In this document: positions 42,247 through 55,873 of the stretch, piece after piece
Numbering within the stretch: the stretch's first letter is position 1
How the letters are laid out: each line of letters starts with the position of its first letter
Assembly: GCA_025786725.1 (NCBI GenBank)
Contig: JAHLTZ010000017.1
Location: 186,001-250,000 of the forward strand
From: Syncephalis fuscata S228
Taxonomy: Eukaryota; Fungi; Zoopagomycota
Direction: 5' to 3'
Length of the DNA stretch: 64,000 nt
The notes under the pieces: generated by a model
Told to the model about the DNA's origin: nothing
Seen by the model: the letters and a program-made list of their open reading frames with translations, nothing else
Database searches by the model: none
Translations under genes and position numbers: made by a program

Positions 42247-43828
42247 TTAATCCAATAAACGTGTTAGAATGTTGGTTGGTGTCATTGAGATCTTTTTGAA
42301 TATTTCGCCAAGATCTTCGTCTTTGTCAACACGTAAATCCGCCATCAAATAAGCAATGTCTCCACGGTTATCACAAATTTGTTTTTCAACATTATGTGCA
42401 GCGAGAATGTTATTAATTTCCTAAAAGGATGATCATTATAGTACTAATAAGATTATCAATTTAATCTTACTTTTAATACACCAGGTACATTTTGATGTGT
42501 ATGAAGAATACGCGCCAATCGACCAGCACCCGGTGCTGCGCGTAGATTGACTTCGGGGAAGTTGACTGCCCCAAGTGTTGAGCCAGTTTGGGCGAATTTT
42601 TGTACTGCGGCCGATACTTCGACACCAATAGCTCGTTGTGCTTCCTCCGTCGATCCACCTAAACAATAGATGATTATTATTACGATGATCTATTTCTATG
42701 TATTGATATGTAATACTTACCGATGTGTGGTGTAAGTATTGTGTTGGGACAGCCAGCAAGATCGGTGGTAAAGCCTGGTCCATTCTTAAATGGTTCCGTA
42801 AAGTAGACATCAACGGCCGCACCAGCCAAATGACCAGATTTTAAGGCAGCAGCCAATGCTGGTATATCAACCTAATTATAATAGATGAATAACAGCGGAG
42901 AGAAAGAGATAAACAATGCAATTACTTACTACTGTGCCACGACTCGCGTTAATCAAATAAGTACCCTTGCGCATAAGACCGAGTTCACGCTCTCCAATCA
43001 ACAATTTAGTTTCAGGGGTCTCGGGTACGTGTAGCGTGACAAAATCAGCCCGAGTAAGCAATTCATCGAGTGTGGTAACTGGATGGGCTGATCCTAATGG
43101 CATAAGTTGCAATACATCCATAAAAATGACCTGCATGCCCATAGCCTCGGCAAGTACACTTAGTTGCGAGCCAATATGGCCATAGCCGACAATACCCAGC
43201 ACTTTACCACGGATTTCGTAGCAACCAGCCGATACTTTATTCCACACACCAGCATGATTTCTTTATTACGATCACCTAGTTGACGGGCCAGAGAAATAAT
43301 CTCACCAATAACCAATTCGGCTAATTTTGATTAATCATCGCTCGAATCTGCTGATATTTATCACTTACCCACACTGCGACTATTGCTAAAAGGTGAATTG
43401 AAAACGGCAATCTAATATAATTGTATGATTTAACATTAAATAAATAGCAATAGCCAGTGCACTTACTCCTTGTCGAGCAGCTGCCTCTAGATCGACCTGA
43501 TTTGTACCAATACAGAAGCAGCCAATGGCCAATAATTGCTTTCCCTCTTTAAGAATATCCGCTGTCAGCATTGTCTTGCTCCTACAATAAATATAGTATT
43601 AATATCTATTGTATGTGTGTGTTTGTACAAGCTACATTGCTAGCTAGTCTCCTACCGAATACCGATAACATGGACATTGCGAATCTTTTCCTTTAGTACT
43701 TCTTCTGATAATGCCTTCGTATGGTGTTCAACTTCAAAACCACTGTTGCGCAAGTGATCGACTGCCACTTGGTTTACATTCTCGAGAAGTAACACTCGAA
43801 TTTGTTGCTGACGTTGACTGAAAACCAT
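42247..43828 (-). CDS. SER3: D-3-phosphoglycerate dehydrogenase (Ser3/Ser33), multi-exon
   Basis: VLLLENV, IGIRSKT, GCFCIGTNQVDL, FNSPFSNSRSV, LGIVGYGHIGSQL, INASRG, TPHIGGSTEEAQ and C-terminal ACT domain (HQNVPGVL). Confidence 0.95.
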
Positions 43829-44031
43829 GGTAACAAATATAGGCAGGTAGCTAGTTTGCTATACAATGTACCGGCAGGGAAAGAAGTAAAGCAAAAGAGT
43901 AGAAGAGAAAAGCTTGATAAACGCGCTCGTTTATTGGATTTCACATGATACTACGTCGTTATCGCGATGTTGCAGATCATTCGAATCAGTGATGTAAAAC
44001 CGATAAAGATTAAACTGTTTGATTAGGACAG

Positions 44032-45881
44032 TGTTATAATTTATAATTATAAGTACATGTATTTAGCAATCATAAATTAATGCTAGCAGTCAATTAAAAT
44101 AGTGTTTATATAGACAGCAGAAACATTGTAATAAAATAAATATTGATTCTTTAAGCAATAGCTACATGTCTGTATATCTTTGTATTCATGAGATTATTAC
44201 TAGTTCACAAAACAATATATATCTGTAGAATCACAAATTTGATATGTTAGCACTGCTGCAGCATTAGTGTCCTGTGCTGTCCGGAATGCACGTAGGTATT
44301 TGGAGTACGTTTGTTGGCGAAAGCAATGGCAAAGACATAGTGGTGTGTCATTGCTGTTGCTGTAGAGCCAGTATATTTAATCTGCATCAATGGTCGCTGT
44401 GTGTAGCGGTATAGTACACGGTAATAAGTGCATTTCTACCACATGTATAATGGATCATTGACATTGTCGCGTCGTCTGTGTAGATGCTGAGCAGGTTAAA
44501 CCAAAGGCTTGGTCGTAAAATATAACACCATCGATATGTTGGTATACATATATGCTTCAAACCACCATGTGGATGTATTGCTATTCGTCCGCATTGTACA
44601 TCAATAGTATAGTCCATGTAATACAGCATGCTGGTATTTCAGCATAGCCATAGATTCAAATAGTCCATACAATGCACACAACTAACTAGCAGTATCATTA
44701 TTGCATTCTACTTTCTGCCAAATACTCACTACTATTTGCTCTATACTAAATACACTCTATCATTTATTTTACCTGTTTGTCAACAGATCAATAACACTAT
44801 AAAGCTTTTTATTCTTGTCGTCTGCGCTATCTTTGTGGTCTTGCTAGCTACTACTGCCATGGTGTATACTAAGTTAGACCGAGTCTATTGCGATATATTT
44901 TAATTTTAATAAATATGCAAATTGATATATTTATTAACATTGTGCTTAACCAGTGGTGATGTTAGGTGGTAAGCCATTGTTGTAAGCCATTGTTCTAGTG
45001 CTTATTGTACGCTGCTATATATGCACTAAACATGATAAACACACACAACTAGATTATGAGTTTCGAACATGTATATTGATGTGCTAATTGGCTATTGCTT
45101 GCTAATGTAAATGGGTAAGACAGTGCCACTAGCTAGAAATAAGCTTGATTATAATAATAATAGAATGTTGCATTGCGTATAATAATGTGCTAATTTTGTA
45201 TTAATAGAACATAAGTAGTATTGTGTTTTTGGCCATAATTTACCCAAGTGCTGTCTTTATTTGCCAAACTTTATTAATAGAAGATAAGCTGCATTATATA
45301 CTAAATAGCTAAATACTAACTAAATATTATGCATGCATGTTTAATGACTCGACATCAATGGCTAGTAAGTGGTATTGTATGCTAGGTATTCATGTGCTAA
45401 CATATAATATTTACCATTCGTTTGATGATTCGTATTGATAGATGGTAAGTAATACTTGATAATATTGACTTATACATTAATGATATAGTATGTGCTGTAC
45501 GAATTTATAGGCAAGGGATAATCAACATTTTCAAGACATTAGCATTGGCAATGTAATTGAACTACTAGTCCAGTACACTTTAGGTATATATTCGACGACA
45601 ACCAAGCCCATTTGTCAACTACGCTGTTTCGTCTACTCACTTGTCAAGCTATGACTAATGTTTCGATCTATTCAACATTCAAGCAATAAAGCCATTATAT
45701 TATCAACAAGCTTGCATTTTGTTGTATCTATTCAACTGGGTAAACTTTATTAGTAGACAAATAGTTTATTCTACTTATACTTACTCAGATTGTTATAACT
45801 GTACCTATGTCTTGTTTCCATTCAATAATTAACATGCTAGTAGCATATTTTTATAAATATAACGTACTAACAAATAATATA
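44032..45881. repeat. Inverted near-identical copy of 20492-22339 (cassette copy D)
   Basis: Direct reverse-complement comparison. Match begins tgttataatttataattataagtacatg and ends caaataatata. Confidence 0.97.
44799..45521 (+). pseudogene. Decayed secreted-peptide gene with putative 3-nt micro-exons
   Basis: ATA AAG CTT TTT ATT CTT GTC GTC TGC GCT... = (M>I)KLFILVVCAIFVVLLATTAMVYTK. Then tag|AAT|gttgca, tag|AAC|ataagt, tag|AAG|ataagc, tgg|CTA|gtaagt and tag|ATG|gtaagt. A terminal exon ends in TAA at 45521, at the same position relative to the conserved 3' flank as the stop of 1724-1924. Confidence 0.72.
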
Positions 45882-46826
45882 TATGGATACAATGATGGCA
45901 ACATTACTATTCAAATGACGGTTATTAATGAGAGTACTGTAACAATATGTAGCGAGATAAATAAGAGTGAATAACAAATTTAATTGAAATAAATGAGTGG
46001 CACAAGTGATTGGTACTTATTGCTTAATTTGCTATAATTCAATTTTTTCTTGTGTTCTATCATTCTTTTGCAAGTTTCTTTTTCTTTGACCTCTGTGAGA
46101 CACATAATAATACATATGTAATACGTTGTAACAATACTTGATATTCCAGTAATTAACTAACACGTATTATGTGGTAAATAAAGAACTTAGCAATGGGCTG
46201 TAAAGTGATTTTTATAAATGTTCAAATGTAGGGAAAGTTAGAGTTCTTGCATGACTATTAGTATAACAATGATTAGCTAAATAGAAATTCTACATATCAT
46301 TGCAATACAATTCTCTTTGCTTTTGATACTGACATTCAAATATTTGTAAGATCGTAAAAACCCATTTTCCATTTAATATATAGTAACAGAAAGTAATATT
46401 CATTCAAATATCAATGTTTTCTAGCCTTGTTTTTAGAACTTTAGAATTAATTATGATGTCGCCAATCCCTCACGCCCATCATGGCCACTGCCAGGCCGAT
46501 GGGAGCCGTCGAATAATCGACAATTGGCTAATTGTAATTATTATCGCTTTTTTTGTCTATGCCCAATAAAATTACTTATTTATAGACATATAATGAGTTT
46601 CTTCTATAACAACAAGACCCGGTACCCGCAACATAACTGCTGAGGTAGTATGTCTAGCGATAACAAAAGAAATGAAAAAGCATAGGCGAAATAGATGACG
46701 CATCAATCGTCAAAGGGCTAAATATTTTTTTGCACTCACTATTCCTACACGTGGTCTTGTTCCAGGTACATATAATAAAACTGCTGTTTTACATTTTTTT
46801 ACAAAGCATTTTATTTGTTAGGCAAT

Positions 46827-49800
46827 ATGGCTACAGGTGGGCTCAAGTACAAGGTCGAAAAGATATTTATTTTAAAAACGACGCGTAGGCAGCTAAGCTA
46901 TTATCATATGTATACATGTACTAATAGCTATTGCTTCTATGGATAGTGTTACAGTCGCAATACTTCCATTGACGGCCGCTTTCGTATCGGCCCTTGTGCT
47001 TTCAATAAGGCAGCTGCGGCGGCATATTCAAAGTTATGGCTATGCGCCACTGGACAATATCAATCAGCGTCCATCGTCTATACTAGACGATGAAAACATT
47101 GAGATGCTATACGGTTGCGAACAAGTCAAATTATTAATGCGGTCGAACAGGCTGAACGAAGATCTTATATAAAGACGATTGTCGGTGTAATATAGAGTTA
47201 TTCGTTTGTTGTGGTTGGCTACACTGGCAACTATCTCAAAATCCGTCATTACCCACGACCAATAGTAGTGGTATCCCTGTGCTGCTATTTATATTTGGGT
47301 CAGTCATTATTAATCATAGCTGCCGATTGCTAAATCTGTATCTAGCTCTATTACTTAATAGTGTCGATTGCTATTATAAAATGTATTGACAAAGAGCAAA
47401 AGGGAATACTGTACCGACATCAGGACTGGATGTCGGTGACCTTTATCATTTGTTTAGGTGCTGATATTGGTTGGCGAACTTTCTATAAAAATATGGATCT
47501 CAACAGTGCTGTGGCTTATTTTCTAGCTAGCAAATTATTAGCTTTTGCTTTAATCATCAATGGACGACTTGAAAGACGTGGCTCATTATCGAGAGTTGCC
47601 AATGGACGTCTTGTCTCGCTTGAGGAATCTGCATCATGGATTGACAAGTTTTCGTTTAATTGGCTGACACCACTTATGGCTGCCGGCTACGAGCATCGAT
47701 TAAATGTCGAGGATCTTTGGGCGATGATTGAATCGGATCGGGCGGCATTTGTGTCCAAAAATTATGCCAAGTACGAGTAAGTAATAATCACTATAGAAAT
47801 ATCAGTATCTAATGTCATTATAGACATAAATCAATTATGGTCGGCATTTTCTATGCCTGCTGGCCAAGTATTATTCAAATGGCAATCTACGGCTCATTAT
47901 GGGGCATTACAATGTATTTGCCGCCCTATTTTTTAATCGCATTCTTGCCTACATCAGTGACCCAACATCTGATACGCCACTTATGGCGTGGATTTATGTG
48001 AATGGCATGTTTTTCAGCCTAATACTCATTAGCATTGTATGCATCAAGGCATGTTTGCAGGATGGCGTAGCGAGGTGCAAATCCAAGCTATGCTATCAAG
48101 CCGAGTATTTAACAAATGTCTAGTTCGGCAAAATATTGCCAGTGTTAAGCAACAGCAACAGTCAAGACCATCTACTGATGCAACGGCCGAAACAACAAAC
48201 GAACAGTTTAACAATACGAAAGATGATGAAACGGATACAGCGACTGATTGGAATACTGGTACTATTGCCAATATTTTAAATGTCGATGTAAGCAATATTG
48301 CCATAGCCTTTTCGCTTTTGAGTCTATTCATCGGTAGTGCCATACAAGTATTTGTTGCTGTTTTCTTTATGTGGCAACTTGTTGGATGGGCAACAATTAT
48401 TGGTCTTGTTGTTCTAGCCCCTCTCTATTGGATATCGTCCCTTGTTAGTAATTGGTTGAAAAACACGTTAAACAAATATTTACACTCTAGCGATGTTCGA
48501 CTTGGTATTGTAAATGAAGTAAGCAGCAAAAATAGTATTTATTAATGACTACTAACCTTCAGCAGATGTTACAATCAATACGAATGATCAAACTGTTTGC
48601 TTGGGAGCCACAATTCCAACAACGTATCAAAAAAGCGCGAGATTCTGAACTGGATCTATTACGCGACCGTTTATTATTATTATCTATATTTACGGTTATA
48701 ACACATGGTAATCCAGCTATTATGCTATGTGCTACGCTTGGTGCCTATACCTTAATACTGGGCCATACATTGACGGCAGCGACGGTCTTTACGGCTGTTG
48801 CAGTCTTTAACACGCTGCGAAGTGCTGTTGAGCAATTGCCGGAACTGCTGTTCTGGGTATTCCAATGCCGTACAAGCTGTGCACGAATTCAAGCCTTTTA
48901 GATTTGCCAGATGTCCAACGTATTTCTGACGATAACATTGATGAAACAATGGAATTACCAGAAAGGATTGCTTTTATTGATGCTAGCTTTTCGTGGGGCT
49001 TACCTAATGTATCTGATACAATTCAGGAAACTGAACAAGATCATAGTTCAGCCTTTGAATTACGACGTCTTAATATCGAGTTCTCTATGGGACAGCTTAA
49101 TCTTATTGTAGGTCCTACTGGCAGTGGTAAAACGTCAATGCTACTGGCTCTACTTGGCGGTAAGTTGATTCAATAAATAGAATTTGTACATTGCTATAGT
49201 AACGTTGATGCTAATTTTATTTAGAAATGACATGTACTCGTGGTAGTGCTTTATTGCCAACTTATAAAAGACTGCCAAATGGACAAGCAATTGGTGGACA
49301 AGTAGCTTATGTGGCCCAACAGGCCTGGCTACAAAGTTTATCTATTCGCGATAATATTCTATTTGGACAAAAATACGAGGAGGATCGTTACAATCAAGTG
49401 GTGTTTGCCTGTGCTTTAGAGCGTGATTTAGAAATACTCGATGCTGGTGATAGTACAGAAATTGGCGAGAAAGGTGTCACGCTATCAGGTGGACAAAAAC
49501 AACGTGTAGCATTGGCTCGTGCCCTATACAGTTCAGCTAAGCATATTCTACTTGACGATTGTTTATCGGCAGTTGATGCACACACCGCTAAGCATATTGT
49601 TAAGCATTGTTTGCAAGGACCATTAATGCAAGGGCGTACACGTATACTTGTAACACATCATGTAGAGCTATGTGCACACAGTGCAGCTTTTACCGTAGTA
49701 CTTGAAAAAGGCGCTATTATAGCACAAGGCACCACGGCTGATGTACTCGACATTGCTGTTAAAATTGACAAAAATGCAGTTATCGAGCTTAGCAAAGAGA

Positions 49801-52100
49801 CAGAAGCCGATGCTGATAACATAGACGATAAAGAAACGGATGGTAGTGAGAAAAAAGTCAATTTACTTACAGGTCAACCTGACAAAGTTCATGGTGGACG
49901 ACTTGTTGAAGAAGAGGCACGCGAACAAGGTGGTGTAAAGATGGGTGTCTACAGCAAATACATAAAAGCTGGCGGTGGCTATTTACACTGGCTTGGTATT
50001 ATTCTTGTTATTACGTTAATGCAGCTGATTTTAGCATTCCACGTGTATTGGCTACGTATTTGGACAAACAATACACAAGATAGTACGCACCTAGGCTATT
50101 ATTTCGGCATCTATACACTGCTTAGTCTACTCGTGCTAGTTGCTATTGGTATTCGTCATGCAATCCCACTTTTAGCATCACAGCGAGCAAGCCGAGTAAT
50201 TCACGCACAATTTGTCGATAAACTTGCCCATGCAAATGTTCGATTTTTTGATAAAACACCCATTGGTCGTATATTAAACCGGTTCAGCAAAGATATATCA
50301 AACATCGATAAAAATATACCAATATCTCTTGGATTCCTTGTAGTCAACAGTACTGAGGTTATATTTATTATTGTCATCATTAGTACAGTTGCTCCAAAGT
50401 TTTTAATTTGCTGCATCATTATTGGTAAATATTGATTAGCAATTATGTTATAGCCATTTAGTAACACACTTCATTAATTAGGATTATGCTTTATGATCAT
50501 TGGTGCGTATTGTATACGTTCATCTTGCGAATTAAAACGACTTGAATCTATTTCCAAATCGCCCTTTTTATCTTTGGTAACTGAAACACTTACGTAAGTT
50601 TAATAGCAATAATAGCTCATTTTTTATTGACTATTTTAAAGTGGCGTAACAACGATTCGAGCCTTTAGTGCAAATCGTCGTTTCATTAAAGATTGCCATA
50701 TCAAGATTGATACCATGAACTGTCCTTCCTATCTACTATCAGCAACCAATCAATGGATGGCCTATAGAAGCGACTGTTTATCTGCTCTTATTACAACACT
50801 ATGCTGTGCATTTTTATTGCTAAATCATGAATCGTTGGATGCCGGGTTTATTGGATTCACACTTACTTATGCACTATTATTCTCGGAAGCATCAGTGGTA
50901 AGTAGTAGATTAGAATCGATAGTACTTTATAAATATTGCAAACTAATATTATTCTATTTAGTGGATTGTACGTAATGCCAACTATATAGAACTAGCCATG
51001 AATGGTATGGAGCGTATCATGGAGTATATCAATGTTGAACAAGAGAAACCAGCCATTATTAAACATCATCGACCTGACCGAAGGTAAACAATGTTGTTAT
51101 GACAATGTGCTATGGTTAATTTAATTAACCACTTTACATTTATAGTGGCCAGCTCATGGAGAAATTAAGGTAGAAAATCTTGTTCTACGCTATGCAGTCG
51201 ACCAGAGTCCAGTGATTCGCGATCTTTCGTTTAATCTAAAGGCCGGCGAACGTGTGGGCATTGTGGGCCGTACAGGCGCGGGCAAATCCTCGTTGACCCT
51301 AGCCTTTTTTCGATTTATCGAAGCAAGCAGTGGACGTATTCTTGTCGATAATGTTGATATTAGCCAAATTGGCCTGCACGATTTACGATCCCGACTAACC
51401 ATCATACCACAAGATCCCATACTATTTAGCGGCACGGTTCGCAGTAATCTCGATCCATTTTCGATGCACGATGATGCAAGTATCTGGAATGCGCTACGTC
51501 GTAGTCATCTAATCGATGATCAACACGGTCATAGCGTAAGACCTGTCGGTCTCGAGCATCTTGACGCACCAGTGACGGAAAACGGTGGTAATTTCAGTCA
51601 AGGACAGCGCCAATTGCTAGCCATGGCTCGTGCTCTACTAAGAGATAGTCGGGTAGGTGTATTAAATACTAAATACCAAATACTAAATAGTTGCTATCAT
51701 CATTATAATACCAATCATCAATAATATAAATTACAGGTTATTATTATGGATGAAGCAACTGCCTCTGTCGATTTTGAGACAGATGCACGAATTCAACAAA
51801 CTGTACGTGAGGAATTCACCCACGCCACACTGATTTGTATTGCCCATCGACTACGTACAATTATCGATTACGATCGTGTACTTGTATTAGGTGAGTTGAA
51901 GTAGCTTTTATATGAATCATTTACTAAATATTTATTCTGTTTTAGATGCTGGCCGTTTAGTTGAATTTGATACACCAACCAATCTTTTAAATCAGCCCAA
52001 TAGCATATTCCGTGAATTGTGTGAACATTCTGGTGAACTGGATATGTTGTTGTCCATGGTCAAATCAACAGCTTCTACATCTACATCTCAATCTACATGA
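46827..52100 (+). CDS. ABCC/MRP-type ABC transporter (Ybt1/Vmr1-like), multi-exon; start approximate
   Basis: FNWLTPL, IKLFAWE, NBD1 GPTGSGKTS / LSGGQKQR / [24 protein letters not shown]2 GRTGAGKSS / FSQGQRQL / MDEATASVD / IAHRLRT. Apparent frameshifts at ~47900, ~48040 and ~48898. Confidence 0.93.
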
Positions 52101-53839
52101 CCGGTTGTCTTTCGCGTTCTTACTGTTTACCCACCTATACCATTTTGCAAACACTTGTGTATTCCATTTTGTACATCCAATTTCTTGGCAACAACAACCG
52201 CAATAGCCAGTCCAAACAAGTATGAAAAGCAAATAGTCAACGACCACTGGTTGGCCATCATGGTAACCAGCACCTCAATCTCGCCTTTTCCCATTGTCCG
52301 AAATGGCACAAAGCTGTCCAAGCAGGATTTACAAAAATGTGGGGTATACACACGCGGTAACACAAACATGGCATTGGGGCAAAAAAAGAAAGAACGAGAA
52401 TTACTACACTACGCAGCTGCGTAACAAATCATTTATTTTCTTTAGCGAATCAGATGTTGTCGTTATAATAAACGAATGAACAAAAAACAAAAAACAAACA
52501 AGCAAATACTGGTGTACGACGAATGCTGTATATCCCACGATTGGGGATAGTAATACAACGTCTATTCTAGTGTATGGCTATGCAGTTGAACAGATGATGA
52601 TGATGATGATGTCGTCCACCACGGTGCTTATTGGCTATTGGGGTGCCATTGAATATGTGTAGTTATGCAGGACAGACAGGTAGATAGGTATAGATATGTA
52701 AGTCTCATTTCTATCAAACCAATAGACAATTGCCTGTAAATATGTAGAACAAAGTCCAAAATGAAAAGAGTGTACCTATTGATTTGCACGTTGAACGTGC
52801 AGTTAACCTATTTGATTAAACAACAACAACAACGACGACGACGACGACGCTTTATTCATCAGCCTTTAGTGGCATCAATGCTTTAAAATGGATTTATACC
52901 AGCGTACGACAAGCACTGATTGAGTTGAACACCGTTGTTAAACGATGAATAATGCTTTACGACCATTATAGCGATCACATTCCATATTTCTATTTTTAGC
53001 CTGCTAATTGAGACACCGTTATCATATTGATCCATTTTCACATCATTCATTTTAATTATTAGGCCATTAATTCGCCATATTCACACGTCCACTCTATGGG
53101 GTGCGATAAGTGATAATCAATAGACACTTTATTCATTCATCTATCTATTTATCTCTCTCACGCCACTTTCTATCTCTCTATCTCTCTATCTCTCTATCTA
53201 TTATCGGTTTATTATCTATACCTATCACTAGCCGAGATGGCACCATGCGGTTTAGTCATCCCACCAATCACATCATCATCCCCATCATCCCGTCATTTAT
53301 AACGCCATGCACAGCGCAGTGGTGCTCCTTGGCTTATACTCGTTGGCAGTGCCTTGTTAAACGGCGAGTGCACCATTAGACGGGATGTTAGTGAGAACAT
53401 TGCCTATCTCGTCGTACTATGGCACCATTACTGTTACAATGGCTATTATTACCACTACCCCTTTTCCATTCTGTGGGTCTGTTTTGCATCCACATCTATT
53501 GCCATCCTCACCACCACCACCATCATTAATATTCTCATCTTTACCTTATGTTCTCATTCCCCCAACGGATGGTGTTTATTAACATCACACATTAATAAAC
53601 TGGTCGGTCATCAAATAATGTTTAAATAAAATAAATATGCCTTTGTACCTTTATTGCTCCAACTGTTTAATGGTCTAGCCTGTCATATCTTTCACTATAC
53701 TATCATTCGTCTACCTTCTACTGTTACCTATAGTTGTAACCGAAACTATTGTTCATTGTTTCTATTACGGCTACTACCACTACTATTACCAGCCTACTAT
53801 TATTATTATTACTTTTATTGTGGTTGCTGCAGCTATTGT

Positions 53840-53842
53840 TAT

Positions 53843-53877
<35 letters not shown>

Positions 53878-53878
53878 T
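53840..53878. repeat. (TGCTGT)n microsatellite
   Basis: Directly visible tandem hexamer repeat. Confidence 0.9.
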
Positions 53879-55089
53879 TATGCTAGTAGTGTTCTGGTCT
53901 GCTTTACTACGGTTGGTTCTTAGTGACTGTTGCGCAAAGTCCAGACAAGCAATTGCTGTCACTTTCTTTTAACTTCCATTCTCTCCACGTTCTACACTCG
54001 TATCGAGTCACCTATGCTCATTATCTGCATAACGCTGGCACTTTTCTATCATCATTAGTAATTCAGATTGCACCATCCATCCCCGTCTTTATATAATACA
54101 CGCTTGCATCAACTGCTTTATCTATCCACCTGCTTGTTTCCGAGACGTTTCAATTATATTTCTGTTTTATTTGTTATCTTCTTCGCTCCGGCATATTCCG
54201 TTTATCGTTTTTGATAACACCCCTTACGCTTCACAACCATTTGGCATATTTAGGTGCGCGTGTACAGGTGCAGGCTTATATTGGCAATAGATTGATCTGC
54301 TGTCCGTATTTCGCCTTTACTCGTTTTATCTCTGGCATCCTTTTATTATTGACCGCGTCTATCTATCCATCTGTTTTGTGTCGTTTGGTCTATCTGCCCA
54401 TCTACTCTGACTTCCTTCCTTCCTTCCTTAAGTGTAGCACTACATCAAGCCTATCCGCACGCACTGACCGACTTGCAGGCAACATACCCCACCCAGTCCA
54501 ATTGTGTAGCACGTCTTCTTCTTCTTCCATTCTAAGGCTTTAACCGCAATAGCCGACCTATTTGGATTGATTGCCGACCATTGCTACGCGCGCATATTCC
54601 ATCTGCCGCTGAACCACCTTCTATCTATACAGTAGTGACTACTACCACTACTGCTTTAGCATCTTTGTGATTATTCCTTGTTAATGGAAACAGGTTGCAC
54701 AGTATCCATACGCCGTCTTCTTCCTCAAGGTCTTACTTTCTCCTTAGCCGGTCATAACATTAGTACAACACGCGCGCAACTGTGTGTGTGTGTTGACTGT
54801 GGCTGTGTCAAATATCCACATTTATTCTATCGATTCCCATTATAACACCACGCGTGTGCGTGTGTGCCCCATCCGCTGTTGATCGTTGTCATTGTTGTGG
54901 CCTTTTATAAATATCAACCTTTGTGAAGCGCCTCTACCACCCTCTTGTTCTACCTCACGCACGACGCCAACCTTCTTTACTTTATTGCAGTAGCTCTTTT
55001 GCTAGCACCACTACCGTCGGTTTAACCGTCATAGCTGTCGGTCGTCGGGATATCGCTTCGCCTTATAGATATCTAAAGTCATATACACC

Positions 55090-55873
55090 ATGGATAACGA
55101 TTGGTGCACCGTTTGCGATAAGCACGTAGATGTTCCGGTAAGTAGCTGTAAACTGTAGCATATGTTTATTTATTCAATTATTAACCATTCTATTCTATTA
55201 GGGCAAACTCTACTGTAGCCAAGCCTGTCGAGATAGTGATATAGGAGATGCTCAGAGTGAGAACGGTTGGCACACCGACTGCTCCACACGTTATGGCTCG
55301 TCCGTCTCACTGGCTTCCTCTGTTGATTCGACGCATAGTTTAATGGGTCCAACACATAATTGGGTGGCCTTTTCATCGTCGTCAACAACAGCTTCGTCTT
55401 CTATACAGAATAAAGCTGTAGAAAGCCGTTTTAAGTGGAACAGCATGTCTTCGTCGTTGTCGCCACTCCAGCCGGTTTTGACCACAGCCGTCAAGGCGAC
55501 AACAGCCACCACCACCACCAACATGTCCCGATTTAAGGTTGAGACAATATCAGCAGACTCGTTTTCAGAAATGAGTCATTCACTCAACAAATCTACGGCA
55601 GCGACAAAGAATGCTAATGGCGGTAAGCTTCGTCGCACAACAACAACATCCACTCGTGCCTCAGGTGGTATGGCCGGTCAATATACAAAAGAAATGCAAA
55701 AAGTAGGCAGACTTGAGTCGACACTATTGTCTACCGCTTCTTCAGCCTCAAATGTTTCTTCTGAATATCGTACACGACCAACATTCTTTCTAGGCTCGCC
55801 TACTTCCATGACAACATCGACCGCCAATGCAGCAACAAATTCTCATCGCTCATCAGCGCTATTAATGGCATAA
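55090..55873 (+). CDS. ECL1: Ecl1-family (life-span regulatory factor) zinc-binding protein, 2 exons
   Basis: Exon 1 (55090-55137) MDNDWCTVCDKHVDVP, GT-AG intron 55138-55201, exon 2 GKLYCSQACRDSD... in frame with ORF 55343-55873. C-x2-C-DK...LYCS-x2-CR-x2-D is the Ecl1 signature. Confidence 0.88.

Noticed and set aside
53654-53923. ORF with poly-Tyr and poly-Cys runs that looks like a metal-binding peptide
   Set aside because: The runs come from (TAT)n and (TGCTGT)n microsatellites, and the ORF starts at a non-ATG codon.
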